64,000 nucleotides of DNA from Dehalococcoidia bacterium (GCA_965197585.1 OZ240215.1:960001-1024000); one strand, 5' to 3'; counted from the first letter of the stretch, positions 9,169-20,504 are shown. The notes: generated by a model from the letters alone, not told the origin. Made by a program: numbers and translations.

Positions 9169-10254
9169 CTAGGCGCGAATCAGCCATTCGTTGTACGGGT
9201 CTCCTGCGGCGAGCATGGACATCATCTTGACGTCGAGGCCGAACTGAAGCTCGTGGGCCATGAGCCGCCAGCCCTGGGGCATAGCGTCTTCGATTTCAGC
9301 GGGCCAGGGTATGGAGGGTGGGAATAGGCGGGGGTTTCGGGTCTTCTGGCGGACCTTTATCAAGGTGTCGCTGACGGTTTCAATCTCCACTTCTTCGTCA
9401 AGCGACTCCCGGTCCCGCTTGATGAAGAGGGCAAGGGCTTCGGCGCCGGAGTCGGCGTCATCCAAGTTCATGTCCCGCATGAGCTTCCGGGACAGCTGTA
9501 CATAGGTAACCCGGCTAGCGTGTTCGACGATGGCGCGGGCCCCGCTTACCCCGTACATTTCCAGAAGGGCAGTCACGTGGCTGGTAACGTATTCGACGGC
9601 GTAGTTACGAAGAGCGCGGGCGGCGCGGACCTCGGTCCAGTCTTCAACGGGGAGCATGGGGGCGGTGGTCGGGTCGAAGGCAGGGCCTCGCTCGCCGGGG
9701 CTGAACTGGAGACGCTCTTCGGGTTCAAGGTCACGGTCGAAAATCTTGAAATATCCCTCGTGGCAGGCGTCTCCCTGCTGGGCGACCTGGGTGAGAACGA
9801 ACCCGAGCCTGGGGTTGCCCAGAGATACGCCGTTGTGGGCGTGCCATGCCCAGAAGGTGTAGTGCCCGACCTTGGGCCCAAACGCGGCGATGCCGACGGT
9901 CGGGGAGAAAGGGCTGTCGGACATGGCGTAGGGCGGCGGGTATCGGACCCAGGCCTTCTCGGGGGTCTCCTCGATGTAGTGCACGTCCAAGCCGCCGAGG
10001 ATGTTGGAGAAGTAGTGGTACTTCCCGGACTTCACCGCGTCGGAAGGGTCTTTGTCGATGCCGAGCTTTCGGAGGCCGGGGAGGAAATGGTCGAGCTGGT
10101 GCCGGCGGAGCATTTTGAACATAAGGGTTGCGGCGGCGTCCTGGCCATGGGAGCGCAGGGTGGAGAGCTCCAGGGCGTTGCATATAGACAGGTAGGTGTC
10201 GTTGGCGATCTGGCACTTTTCGATGAGGGACTTGTTCCATTCGGGGACTTGCAT
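9169..10254 (-). CDS. Conserved hypothetical protein, paralog 2
   Basis: 361-aa tandem paralog; many differences are synonymous, which supports coding status. Confidence 0.85.
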   Translation of the reverse strand: MQVPEWNKSLIEKCQIANDTYLSICNALELSTLRSHGQDAAATLMFKMLRRHQLDHFLPGLRKLGIDKDPSDAVKSGKYHYFSNILGGLDVHYIEETPEKAWVRYPPPYAMSDSPFSPTVGIAAFGPKVGHYTFWAWHAHNGVSLGNPRLGFVLTQVAQQGDACHEGYFKIFDRDLEPEERLQFSPGERGPAFDPTTAPMLPVEDWTEVRAARALRNYAVEYVTSHVTALLEMYGVSGARAIVEHASRVTYVQLSRKLMRDMNLDDADSGAEALALFIKRDRESLDEEVEIETVSDTLIKVRQKTRNPRLFPPSIPWPAEIEDAMPQGWRLMAHELQFGLDVKMMSMLAAGDPYNEWLIRA

Positions 10255-10346
10255 GGGTCACCTGCTTTGGGGTGGGGTGTGGGGGGGATGTTACAACATT
10301 TTTTGGAGGGGTGGGGGGTATCGGTTTGGCTGTCCGGGGGTCTCCT

Positions 10347-10499
10347 CCCGTTTGACGCTTCGAGAGCCTCACGCCTGAGACGGATCTGCGACAGGATGAG
10401 CGGCCCCGCACCTGGATTCGGGTGAGGAGTGTGAGGGTATGGCTGTCGGGGACCGCCCCCGCTCGACCCTTCGAGTGCCTCAGGGTGAGCGGCCCCGCA
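10347..10499 (+). repeat. Two family B REP-like repeats; the first carries a 22-bp insert (10371-10392)
   Basis: CTTCGAGAGCCTC[ACGCCTGAGACGGATCTGCGAC]AGGATGAGCGG versus the empty CTTCGAGTGCCTCAGGGTGAGCGG about 100 bp downstream. Confidence 0.8.
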
Positions 10500-10541
10500 C
10501 CCGGATTCCGGATGGAGGAGGAATGGACGGAGAGGCGGGGA

Positions 10542-12938
10542 TTAGGGCCGGAAACCGCGGAGGCGGAGAGCGTTGGTTAGGACCGATAGTGAACTGGCGG
10601 CCATGGCGAGGGCGGCGATGCCGGGGTTCAGCTGTAGCCCTATGAAGGGGAAGAGGACTCCGGCGGCTATGGGGATGCCGGCGGTGTTGTAGACGAATGC
10701 GAAGAAGAGGTTCTGCTTGATGTTTCGCATGGTGGCGGCGCTCAGCTTGATGGCCGTGACTACTTCCCCGAGCCGCGTGCCCATAAGGGTCACGTCAGCG
10801 GCCTCGATGGCGATGTCGGTGCCGGCGTCTATGGCTATGCCCACGTTGGCCTGGGCGAGGGCCGGGGCGTCGTTGATTCCGTCCCCGACCATGGCGACGG
10901 TCCTGCCCTGAGACTGGAGCTTCTTTATCTGATTCACCTTGTCCTGGGGCATAACCTCGGCGAGGACGGAGTCTATTCCGACCTGGTTGGCTATGGCCTG
11001 GGCGGCGTAGCGGTTGTCGCCGGTGATCATCACAGTGCGTATTCCCATGCGCTTGATTTCGCTTACGGCGTGGGCTGCATCTTCCTTCAAGGTGTCTGCC
11101 ACGGCTATTACCGCTGTGGGCATGCCGTCGATGGATGCGAACATGGGGGTCTTTCCGTCTTTGGCGAGGGCCTCGAATTGGGCTTCAAGGGCATCAAGTG
11201 GGATGCCCAGGTCCTGCATCAACGCTCGGTTCCCGACGGCGACGACGTGCCCATCCACCAGCGCACGTATCCCTTGGCCCGGCTTCATTTCGAAGTCCGA
11301 GGGCTCGGAGAGGGTGAGCCCGCGGCCTATGGCGGCGGAAGTAATGGCACGGGCCACGGGGTGTTCGGAGGAGCGTTCGGCGGAGGCGGCCAGGGCAAGG
11401 ACCTGATCAGACGTGAAATCAGAGATGGTATAGACGTCGGTGAGAGAGGGTTGGCCGAGGGTTAGGGTGCCGGTCTTATCGAAGACTATGGTATCGACGC
11501 TGTGGGCGGTCTCCAGGGCCTCGGCGGAGCGTATGAGAACGCCGAACTCGGCGCCTTTTCCCGTGCCCACCATGATGGACGTGGGCGTCGCCAGGCCGAG
11601 GGCGCAGGGGCAGGCGATGATGAGGACTGCGACGGCGGCGGCCAGGCTGCGGTTGAACTCTGAGTTCTCGGGGGCGAGGGTCCAGGCTGCGAAGGTAGCC
11701 AGGGCGACAAGCATTACGACAGGCACGAAATAACCGGCGACCACATCTACGAGGCGCTGAATCGAGGCTCGGGAGCCCTGGGCGTCACGGACCATGAGGG
11801 CAATCTTGCCAAGCAGCGTCTCCTCGCCGACCCGAGTGGCCTCCATCTTGAAAGCGCCTATGGTGTTGAGCGTAGCGCCAGTCACACGGTCACCGGGGCC
11901 CTTGTCGACGGGAATGCTTTCGCCGGTCACCATCGACTCGTCGATTGAGGTTGATCCGGAGACAATCAGGCCATCGACAGGCACCTTTTCGCTGGGTCGG
12001 ACAAGGAGGTGGTCGGCGACCCGGACCTCGGCGATGGGCACTTCCATCTCTTCGCCGTTTCTTATTACCCTCGCCGTACGGGCCTGGAGGCCAACAAGCT
12101 TGCGGATGGCCTCGGAGGTCTTGGCTTTGGCTCGGGCCTCCAGGAGCCGACCAAGGAGGATGAGGGAGACGATTATGGCCGCAGTGTCGAAATAGACTTT
12201 GCCTGAGGCCGAGTCGGGGAGGAGGTTTTCTGCAAAGGTCGCCACCGCACTGAAGAGGAAGGCTGAAAGAGTCCCGGCTGCGATCAAGGTGTTCATGTCG
12301 GCCATGCGGCGTCGGGCAGTCTTCCAAGCTGAGGCTAGGAACTGCCACCCTACCCAGAACTGGACGGGCACGGCGACCCCGAACTGGAAATAGTGGTTGG
12401 CAAGGAACCCGGGTTCCCATCTGAACAGATCGCCGCTGCTTCCGATGAACAGAATGACCGCAAATGGGGCCCCGACTGCGAATTTCAGCATCAGCAGGCG
12501 GAGAGCTCGGACGCGGGCGCGCTCATCGGATTCCTGGGCCTCTTCTATTCCACCTGCAACCCGTGCGCCGTAACCGATGCCCTTTATTGTGGAGATCATC
12601 TCGGCGGGGGTGACGTGTCGGGGGTCGAAGGAGATGGTGGCCTGCTCGGCGGCGAGGTTGACGTTGGCTTCGGAAATGCCGGGGACGGCTCGGAGGGTGC
12701 GGTCGATGGCCATGACGCAGGAGGCGCAGGTCATGCCGGAAATGGAAAGGCGGGTCAGGTCAAGGGCAGCGGGCGGGTAGTCCTCACCCGTCTCGTTTGA
12801 CCCATCGACACGTTCGAGATGGGCCGTATTCGGACTCAGGCCTGTAGCAGGTGCGGGAGCCCTCTTGCCGAGGAAAAACCACAAAAGCACAGCCCCGAGA
12901 GCCAGCGCTCCGAGGGACAATGTGAGATCGAGAGCCAT
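10542..12938 (-). CDS. copA: Copper-translocating P1B-type ATPase
   Basis: HMA 'GMTCASC', 'TGES', '[10 protein letters not shown]', 'DKTGT', 'SEHP', 'GDGINDAP', 'YN'. Confidence 0.95.
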   Translation of the reverse strand: MALDLTLSLGALALGAVLLWFFLGKRAPAPATGLSPNTAHLERVDGSNETGEDYPPAALDLTRLSISGMTCASCVMAIDRTLRAVPGISEANVNLAAEQATISFDPRHVTPAEMISTIKGIGYGARVAGGIEEAQESDERARVRALRLLMLKFAVGAPFAVILFIGSSGDLFRWEPGFLANHYFQFGVAVPVQFWVGWQFLASAWKTARRRMADMNTLIAAGTLSAFLFSAVATFAENLLPDSASGKVYFDTAAIIVSLILLGRLLEARAKAKTSEAIRKLVGLQARTARVIRNGEEMEVPIAEVRVADHLLVRPSEKVPVDGLIVSGSTSIDESMVTGESIPVDKGPGDRVTGATLNTIGAFKMEATRVGEETLLGKIALMVRDAQGSRASIQRLVDVVAGYFVPVVMLVALATFAAWTLAPENSEFNRSLAAAVAVLIIACPCALGLATPTSIMVGTGKGAEFGVLIRSAEALETAHSVDTIVFDKTGTLTLGQPSLTDVYTISDFTSDQVLALAASAERSSEHPVARAITSAAIGRGLTLSEPSDFEMKPGQGIRALVDGHVVAVGNRALMQDLGIPLDALEAQFEALAKDGKTPMFASIDGMPTAVIAVADTLKEDAAHAVSEIKRMGIRTVMITGDNRYAAQAIANQVGIDSVLAEVMPQDKVNQIKKLQSQGRTVAMVGDGINDAPALAQANVGIAIDAGTDIAIEAADVTLMGTRLGEVVTAIKLSAATMRNIKQNLFFAFVYNTAGIPIAAGVLFPFIGLQLNPGIAALAMAASSLSVLTNALRLRGFRP

Positions 12939-12953
12939 TGCTGGGCCCGAGCC

Positions 12954-13157
12954 CTACATCTCTATGGCGGGCTTTTCGGAGCCGATGTGCTTAGCGGGGT
13001 CTTCTTCGAAGAAGAGCTTGCAGCCGGGAGCGCAGAAGTAGTAGGTCGTACCTTCGTACTCGCTGGTGGCCCTCGCCTTGGACACGTCCACCATCATGTG
13101 GCAGACCGGGTCCTGGGCCAGCTCGGGTTTCTTCTTGAAGATGGAAAGAATGCTCAT
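12954..13157 (-). CDS. YHS domain metal-binding protein
   Basis: 'DPVCHM...YEGTTYYFCAPGC...FEEDP'. Confidence 0.9.
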   Translation of the reverse strand: MSILSIFKKKPELAQDPVCHMMVDVSKARATSEYEGTTYYFCAPGCKLFFEEDPAKHIGSEKPAIEM

Positions 13158-13181
13158 TGTGGTGACTCCAATGGGTCCGGG

Positions 13182-13448
13182 TTAGTTGTCGGCCAGCTTG
13201 TATAGTTCCTTTAGCTCTTCGACTATCTGTTCCTGGCGGCCCTGCTGAATGCCGGGGATTACGCAAGTCTCCATGTGACTGCCGAGCATGAGCTGCTCCA
13301 GCTTTTCGATGGCCTTTCTGACGGCGTAGGTCTGCTTGAGGATGTCGACGCAGTACTTGTCCTCCTGGACCATGCGGCGTATGCCGTCGAGATGTCCGTC
13401 GATGTAGCTGAGGCGGCGGAGGCTGGCTTCTTTGGCGTCGGGTTTCAT
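13182..13448 (-). CDS. csoR: CsoR/RcnR-family copper-sensing repressor
   Basis: 'RRLSYIDGHLDGIRRM...YCVDILKQ...HMETC' C-H-C ligands; adjacent to copA; start chosen by GAGG RBS. Confidence 0.88.
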   Translation of the reverse strand: MKPDAKEASLRRLSYIDGHLDGIRRMVQEDKYCVDILKQTYAVRKAIEKLEQLMLGSHMETCVIPGIQQGRQEQIVEELKELYKLADN

Positions 13449-13467
13449 GTGAGACCTCTTGTATCCC

Positions 13468-13488
13468 ATACCCCCTGGGTGGGGGTTT
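13468..13488. promoter_or_regulatory. Putative CsoR operator ACCCCC-N5-GGGGGT
   Basis: C/G-tract inverted repeat with AT flanks, directly upstream of csoR. Confidence 0.7.
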
Positions 13489-13563
13489 CACGTGTATTTT
13501 AGATGAAAGTGGGCGTGGGGGGAAGGGGATAACTGGGAATAGAGGGATGTGAGTGGGCAAGTC

Positions 13564-14668
<1,105 letters not shown>

Positions 14669-14674
14669 AGCCTA

Positions 14675-14700
14675 ACTCTATCACCGTTGCGTCACACAAG
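14675..14700 (-). promoter_or_regulatory. Left-end half of the circle-junction promoter (extended -10 TGA-TAGAGT)
   Basis: Joining the ends gives TTGCTT-N17-TAGAGT. Confidence 0.65.
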
Positions 14701-14722
14701 ATCCCTCGCGGAGCCTCGGAAT
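14699..14722 (+). repeat. Middle fragment of a family A REP lying between IS110 and IS481
   Basis: AGATCCCTCGCGGAGCCTCGGAAT; the REP continues as GGAATGACAC at 15779. Confidence 0.88.
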
Positions 14723-15778
14723 TGTAAGTGTTAGGTAATTCGTTGACAGATTGGTATTCAATGGGTAAACCAATCTGGGGGCGAAGATGCGAGACAACAG
14801 CAAGGACCTCACCCTTGAACGTAACTACATTCAGAAGTGGCGGTTCCTCATCCATGAGTATCAACTGGTCAAGGCAGGGAAGCATCCCCGTTTCCGCTTC
14901 GCCCAGGACTTCTACTCCTTCCACGGCACTAGCCGTCAGACCTTCGCCAAGTACTACAACCGGTTCCTCCTCTCCCCCTCCGACAACGCCTTCCTCCCCC
15001 GTAAGCGGGGCCCCAGGTGGAAGTCCCGCCGCACCCTGCCCTACATTGAGCAGAAGGTCATCAACGAGCGCCTTAACGGTACCAACCGTTACGAGGTCTA
15101 TGCCATACTCAAACCCATCCTTAAACACAACACCCCTAAGCCCTCCACCATCTACGCCATCACCAGACGCCACGGTTTCAATAGGCTCACAAAGCCGATG
15201 CAGCAATCGAAGCGCAAGATCATCAAGACCCGGGCAGGAGAGCTGGGCCACCTGGACAGCCACTACCTCAGCCGGGATACCATCGTGGGCATCAAGCACC
15301 GCTACTACCTGGTGGGCCTCATCGACGCCTACACCCGTCTGGCCTGGGCCGAAGTGGTCGGAGACATCAAGAGTCTCTCCGTTATGTTTGCTACTCTGAA
15401 GTCCATCAACTTCCTCAATGTGGAGTACGGCATCCAATTCGAGGCCATCCTCACCGACAACGGCCCCGAGATGGCCTCCCCAAGGAACACCGAGGGCCAC
15501 CCCATGGAACGGATGCTCAATGAGCTGGGCATAAAGCACCGCTACACCCGCCCTTATAGGCCCCAGACCAACGGGAAGATAGAGCGGTTCTGGAGAACCT
15601 TGAACGAGGACCTGCTGGAGGGGACAACCTTCGAATCGGTCTCGGAACTGAAGGACGAGCTTCAGCAGTACCTGATCTACTACAATACTCAACGACCCCA
15701 CCAGGCAATGGATAGAAAGACCCCTTTGCAAACCCTTAAATCTCTCTACTGCTGTCAACGAATTACCTGACTTCTACA
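14723..15778 (+). mobile_element. IS481-family insertion sequence, copy 2 (1056 bp, variant ends)
   Basis: TIRs TGTAAGTGTTAGGTAATTCGTTGACAG / TGTAGAAGTCAGGTAATTCGTTGACAG; 5-bp TSD GGAAT at 14718-14722 and 15779-15783. Confidence 0.94.
14787..15770 (+). CDS. IS481-family DDE transposase
   Basis: Near-identical to the copy 1 protein, with a 7-aa C-terminal extension. Confidence 0.93.
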   Translation: MRDNSKDLTLERNYIQKWRFLIHEYQLVKAGKHPRFRFAQDFYSFHGTSRQTFAKYYNRFLLSPSDNAFLPRKRGPRWKSRRTLPYIEQKVINERLNGTNRYEVYAILKPILKHNTPKPSTIYAITRRHGFNRLTKPMQQSKRKIIKTRAGELGHLDSHYLSRDTIVGIKHRYYLVGLIDAYTRLAWAEVVGDIKSLSVMFATLKSINFLNVEYGIQFEAILTDNGPEMASPRNTEGHPMERMLNELGIKHRYTRPYRPQTNGKIERFWRTLNEDLLEGTTFESVSELKDELQQYLIYYNTQRPHQAMDRKTPLQTLKSLYCCQRIT

Positions 15779-15825
15779 GGAATGACACGCAAAGTGGGGG
15801 AGGCAAAGGCGAACGCGGTTTGCGT

Positions 15826-16173
15826 TTACTCGGGAGAGAGGAGTGCGGCGACGGCGTCGGGGTCTGGGGTGAGGTAGGTGAAACCGGCCTTTTCTGCGTA
15901 CATGCGGTCCACGTGGGAATCTCCGACATGGATTGCTCGGTCGGAGGGGAAGCGGGCGAGGACCTCGGGAAGCTCGTATTTCAGGGACGTGAATTCTACT
16001 TCGATGCCGTGAGTGCGCCAGAGGTTGGCCTGGTCGGAGTGGGTGCGGTCTGAACAGCTGCCGATGACGTGGCCGAGGGCCTTGGCCTGCTTTACGAGGG
16101 CCAAGGTGATGGGTCCCGGCGGATCTCCGACTTCCAATGTGCCGTCCACGTCGAAGCTGATTAGGTATCTCAA
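15826..16173 (-). CDS. Small HAD-superfamily hydrolase (start uncertain; TTG, possibly leaderless)
   Basis: 'LISFDVDGTL' motif I and 'HVGDSHVD' motif IV; TATCAT 7 nt upstream of the TTG. Confidence 0.78.
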   Translation of the reverse strand: MRYLISFDVDGTLEVGDPPGPITLALVKQAKALGHVIGSCSDRTHSDQANLWRTHGIEVEFTSLKYELPEVLARFPSDRAIHVGDSHVDRMYAEKAGFTYLTPDPDAVAALLSPE

Positions 16174-16201
16174 GGGAGGGTATGATACTACGGATGGGGC
16201 G

Positions 16202-16256
16202 GGGATGGATTCACGCCAAAGGCGCATCTTTGACCGGCTCGGGGGCCGGAATGACG
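16202..16256 (+). repeat. REP-like family D (GGATTCCGGCTCGGGGGCCGGAATGAC) with a 22-bp insert at 16213-16234
   Basis: Removing the insert restores a perfect ATTCCGGC/GCCGGAAT stem; twin at 30899-30953. Confidence 0.82.
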
Positions 16257-16304
16257 TGATAACGGGACGGTGGGTAGGGGAACAATTTCAAAAGGGAGAA
16301 AAAT

Positions 16305-16673
16305 ATGTCGATTGTACGTTTGTACCAAGGAGAGGATGGCCGTTCGCACTTCGAGGATATCGAGCCGGAGCTTGAGCCGTTGGAGGGTGGGTGGCCACAG
16401 GATGCTCGGGCGGTTATACATGGTGGGATAGTGGTGCAGCGTTTTGACCCAGAGCGGTCTAACCCGTGGCACCACGCCCCGGGACAGGTTGCCGTATTCA
16501 CGCTGACCGGGTCGGTTGAGATAGAAGTTGGGAATGGCGATAAACGGGTGATAGGTCCGGGTGACGTTCTGATTGCCGAGGATGTAGCAGGGGAGGGACA
16601 CTACACGCGGGAGGTCGGGCCCGAGGCCCGGATTTCGATATTCGTGCCTTTGCGGGAACATCCTGAAGTTTGA
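16305..16673 (+). CDS. Cupin-like protein
   Basis: 'DGRSHFED', 'WHHAP', 'GPGDVLIAEDVAGEGH'. Confidence 0.85.
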   Translation: MSIVRLYQGEDGRSHFEDIEPELEPLEGGWPQDARAVIHGGIVVQRFDPERSNPWHHAPGQVAVFTLTGSVEIEVGNGDKRVIGPGDVLIAEDVAGEGHYTREVGPEARISIFVPLREHPEV

Positions 16674-16744
16674 CAGGTCGGCGGCATAAGGATATTTTTC
16701 GGGGAGCGAGGAGCCCGTAAGCAGGATGAGCCAGGAGGGATGCA

Positions 16745-17800
16745 ATGGCGAGGATGGACTTTGGGATCGGGCTGGGGGCAGAGCTGCGGTTTGATGAAAT
16801 CGCAGAGCATTCAAGAATCGCCGACGAGGCGGGATACAGCCACCTGACATTCGTCGACCAGAGCAACGTGTCGAGAGAATGCTTCGGTATGATGACCATC
16901 GCAGCGATGAACACTCGCCGAATCCACATAGGGCAGGGTGTGTGCGACCCGTTTATGTACCACCCGGCGGTCATCGCTAACTTCACGGCCAGCGTGCGGG
17001 AGCTTACCGGGGGAAGGGCGTTCATTGGTCTTGGGGCGGGGACGAGGCAGGCCGGCAAGGCGACTCGGGGGCCGGTTAGCCTGAAGATGCAACGAGAGAC
17101 GGTAAACTTTCTGAAGTCCTACACCTCAGGAGGAGATGCGGAGCTGTGGGGCCAGACGTGGCACTCCGAATGGATCAGGAACACGCCGTTCAACGGACAA
17201 TCGATACCCGTGATCATGGGTCCCCTCGGGCCACGAGCTTTGCAGCTTGCCGGCGAAGTTGCCGATGAAATCATGATGTTTGGAGCAGGGGAGCCGGAGT
17301 TAATCAAGTGGAACCTGGAGCAGATCGAGACGGGGGCCAACCGGGCGGGCCGGGACTTCTCGAAGATCAAGACATGGGCTCGTACAGAGGTTTACGTTAC
17401 AGGGTCCAAGGAGGAGGCGAGACACGAGGTAGCTTCTTATGCGGCATCTTGCGCGAGCGAGCTGTACAAAGTGATATTCAAACGCAACACACCCGAGGCC
17501 CAGGACTTGTACCAGAGGCTCGAGAAGAAGAGCCCCGGTCTGGTGGATGAATACAAAAAGATCCACGAGGGTTTCAACCCCTACGAGCACGAGTCCTTGC
17601 ATGCCGAACACAAATACCTGGCGACGCAGAGGGTGATCGACTCCATCAACCTGACGGGACGCGTGGAGGACATAGACGAGAGAGTTTACGACCTGCACGA
17701 GCTAGGGATCAGCGGAGTCTCATGCGTCCAATATGCAATCATCGACCAGAAGAACAATATGCGGGAGATTTCCAACAGCATCATGCCCCAGTTCAGATAG
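16745..17800 (+). CDS. LLM-class (luciferase-like) flavin/F420-dependent oxidoreductase
   Basis: 'TRRIHIG', 'HPAVIA', 'GGRAFIGLGAG', 'GPRALQLAGEVAD'. Confidence 0.9.
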   Translation: MARMDFGIGLGAELRFDEIAEHSRIADEAGYSHLTFVDQSNVSRECFGMMTIAAMNTRRIHIGQGVCDPFMYHPAVIANFTASVRELTGGRAFIGLGAGTRQAGKATRGPVSLKMQRETVNFLKSYTSGGDAELWGQTWHSEWIRNTPFNGQSIPVIMGPLGPRALQLAGEVADEIMMFGAGEPELIKWNLEQIETGANRAGRDFSKIKTWARTEVYVTGSKEEARHEVASYAASCASELYKVIFKRNTPEAQDLYQRLEKKSPGLVDEYKKIHEGFNPYEHESLHAEHKYLATQRVIDSINLTGRVEDIDERVYDLHELGISGVSCVQYAIIDQKNNMREISNSIMPQFR

Positions 17801-17935
17801 ACTCTCGCATGATTACAACCAGAATGGGCCTAATGCCGCTACGCTACGGCGCCTGGTAATGTCTGGGGACGCCGAGACAGGACGCAGAGCCCATTCACGT
17901 GGGGCCTACCAACAGGACGAAATAGGAGAAATGCA

Positions 17936-18991
17936 ATGGCGAGAATGGACTTCGGGATCGGGCTTGGGGCGGAGCTGCGGTTCGATGAGATCGCGGACCA
18001 TGCGAGGGTTGCCGACGAAGGTGGTTACACTCACCTGACGTTCGTCGATCAGAGCAACGTGTCGAGGGAATGCTTCGGCATGATGACCATCGCGGCGATG
18101 AACACGCGGCGGATCCACATCGGCCAGGGTGTGTGCGACCCGTTCATGTACCACCCGGCGGTCATCGCCAACTTCACTGCGAGCTTGCGGGAGCTTACCG
18201 GAGGCAGGGCGTTCATCGGTCTTGGGGCGGGGGCGAGGGAGGCGGGGAAGGCGACCCGGGGGCCGGTTAGCCTGAAGATGCAACGGGAGACCGTAAACTT
18301 CTTGAAGTCATACACCTCGGGAGGAGATGCCGAGTTGTGGGGCCAGACGTGGCACTCGGAGTGGATCAGGAACACGCCGTTCAACGGTCAGTCGATACCC
18401 GTGATCATGGGGCCTCTCGGGCCGAGAGCGATGCAGCTTGCCGGCGAGGTCGCAGACGAGATTCTTATGTTCGGGGCAGGGGAGCCGGAGATCATCAAGT
18501 GGAACCTGGAGCAGATTGAGACAGGGGCCAATCGGGCGGGTCGTGACCCTTCCAAGATCAAGACCTGGGCTCGGACAGAGGTGTACATCACCGGTTCCAA
18601 GGAGGAGGCGAAACATGAGGTCGCCTCCTATGCGTCGTCGTGTGCGAATGGACTCTACCGCTCGATTTTCAAACGCAACACACCCGAGGCCCAGGAACTG
18701 TACCGGCGGCTGGAGAAGAAGAGTCCGGGCCTGGTGGACGAATTCAAGAACATACACGAGAACTTCAACCCCTACGAGCACGAATCGCTGCATGCCAAGC
18801 ACAAGCTCCTAGCGTCACAGAGAGTGATCGACGCCATCAACTTGTCGGGGCCCGTGGAGGACATTGACGAGAAGATATACGACCTTCAAGAACTGGGCCT
18901 GAATGGGGTCTCCTGCGTCCAGTACGCGATCATCGACCAGAAGAGCAACATGCGGGAGATTTCCAACAGCATCATGCCCCAGTTCCGGTAG
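17936..18991 (+). CDS. LLM-class oxidoreductase, tandem paralog
   Basis: Same length (351 aa) and motifs as 16745-17800. Confidence 0.9.
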   Translation: MARMDFGIGLGAELRFDEIADHARVADEGGYTHLTFVDQSNVSRECFGMMTIAAMNTRRIHIGQGVCDPFMYHPAVIANFTASLRELTGGRAFIGLGAGAREAGKATRGPVSLKMQRETVNFLKSYTSGGDAELWGQTWHSEWIRNTPFNGQSIPVIMGPLGPRAMQLAGEVADEILMFGAGEPEIIKWNLEQIETGANRAGRDPSKIKTWARTEVYITGSKEEAKHEVASYASSCANGLYRSIFKRNTPEAQELYRRLEKKSPGLVDEFKNIHENFNPYEHESLHAKHKLLASQRVIDAINLSGPVEDIDEKIYDLQELGLNGVSCVQYAIIDQKSNMREISNSIMPQFR

Positions 18992-18999
18992 ATGCCATC

Positions 19000-20337
19000 A
19001 TGACCACCACGAGACCGGCGTTCCTGACCGAGCCCTATGGCTCCTACTACCATAGTGAGGTGCCGGAGGAAGACGCGGAGCTTACGCACACGGGCCCCGG
19101 GACTCCGTGCGGCGAGTACCTGCGCAGGTTCTGGCAACCCGTGGCCCACTCGGATGAGCTACGGGACTTGCCGTTGCGGATTCAGATAATGGGTGAGGAT
19201 CTGGTCGCGTTCAGGGACAAGGGCGGGAAAGTTGGGGTGCTGGAACTGCATTGTCCGCATCGTGGCACTTCGTTGGAGTTCGGGGTGGTCGAGGAGAAGG
19301 GAATCCGGTGCTGTTATCACGGCTGGCAGTTCGACGTGGATGGCACGATCCTCGACACGCCGGGAGAACCTACGGGCTCGACGCTCAAGGACCGTCTGCG
19401 CCAGGGCTCGTACCCCGTACATGAGTACCGTGGGCTGGTGTTCGCCTACATGGGCCCGCCCGATAAGCGGCCCCCGTTTCCCGTGTATGACGTTTTCGAC
19501 AGGTCGGGGTTCCGGCTGGAGGTCGGGACCAAGAACGTAAAGCACTGCAACTGGCTGCAGATCATGGACAACGTAGTTGACCCGGTGCACGAGAGCTTTC
19601 TCCATGCCCGGGTGAGCAACGTGCAGTTCACGGATGTCGAGGGCCGGCCCATGGAAGGGCTGAAGGACGTCGGCGCATTCGACGTGATGGAGACGCCCGT
19701 GGGTCTGAGTTGCTTCCAGACTCGGCGTGTTGGGGAAGATATCTGGTCGCGGACTATCGAGTGGGTGATTCCCAACATTGCCCAGATACCCGATCCACGG
19801 GCTTTGCCTCCCGAATACGTGAATGGCCAGGAGATGCTCTGCGCACTGCCCCGCATTTTCCGTTGGCGGGTGCCCAAGAACGACACTGAAACCCTGGAAT
19901 TCACCTTCGTTCGGGTGCCGGAAGGCGAGGAGGACGAGTACACGAAGAACCCAGGATTTGCGGTAGCGGCCCAACTCGCCGGCCGGGCCCGGTCCTATGA
20001 AGACCGACAGCGGTATCCTGCGGACTACGATGCGCAGGTCGGGCAGAGGTTGATAGCCAGACACGCCCTGGAACACCTGGTGACTACGGACCGCGGTGTA
20101 ATCCAGATGCGAAAGATGATGCGGCAAGGGATACGGGCGGTGGCCCGGGGGGAGGACCCGAAGGGGCTGGATACCGAAGGCGAAGGCCCGGTCTCGACAT
20201 ATGGAAGTGACACGATTTTGCGGGTTGCAGCTGAGAGATCTGAGGACGAAGACAGGGAGTTGGTGAGGGAGACGGGGCTCAGGTTGGCGGCTGCGTTCTT
20301 GGAGAGGCCGCCGAGTCGGGTGGCGGGGAGCTGGTAG
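19000..20337 (+). CDS. Rieske non-heme iron oxygenase (phthalate 4,5-dioxygenase-like)
   Basis: 'CPHRG...CCYHGW' Rieske motif; 'DPVHESFLH' mononuclear Fe motif. Confidence 0.9.
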   Translation: MTTTRPAFLTEPYGSYYHSEVPEEDAELTHTGPGTPCGEYLRRFWQPVAHSDELRDLPLRIQIMGEDLVAFRDKGGKVGVLELHCPHRGTSLEFGVVEEKGIRCCYHGWQFDVDGTILDTPGEPTGSTLKDRLRQGSYPVHEYRGLVFAYMGPPDKRPPFPVYDVFDRSGFRLEVGTKNVKHCNWLQIMDNVVDPVHESFLHARVSNVQFTDVEGRPMEGLKDVGAFDVMETPVGLSCFQTRRVGEDIWSRTIEWVIPNIAQIPDPRALPPEYVNGQEMLCALPRIFRWRVPKNDTETLEFTFVRVPEGEEDEYTKNPGFAVAAQLAGRARSYEDRQRYPADYDAQVGQRLIARHALEHLVTTDRGVIQMRKMMRQGIRAVARGEDPKGLDTEGEGPVSTYGSDTILRVAAERSEDEDRELVRETGLRLAAAFLERPPSRVAGSW

Positions 20338-20464
20338 GCCCGACTCGCTCTTAAATCCTCGAAAAGAGGACCTTCAGCTCGCTCAGGGCTCCGGGATTGG
20401 GGGCGATCCTACCCTAGATTTAACCTTGCGGCTTCGGTGGGAGTAGACTCCTAGATTAACGCCT

Positions 20465-20493
20465 TAGTTCCCTCGCGGAGCCTCGGGATGACA
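20465..20493 (+). repeat. REP-like family A variant, no IS inserted
   Basis: TAGTTCCCTCGCGGAGCCTCGGGATGACA. Confidence 0.75.
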
Positions 20494-20504
20494 CAAAGAA
20501 GGGT

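Noticed and set aside
20341-20465. Extra CTAGATT motifs and an ACGCCTTAG fragment before the family A REP
   Set aside because: Too degenerate to call as REP copies or as a truncated micro-insert
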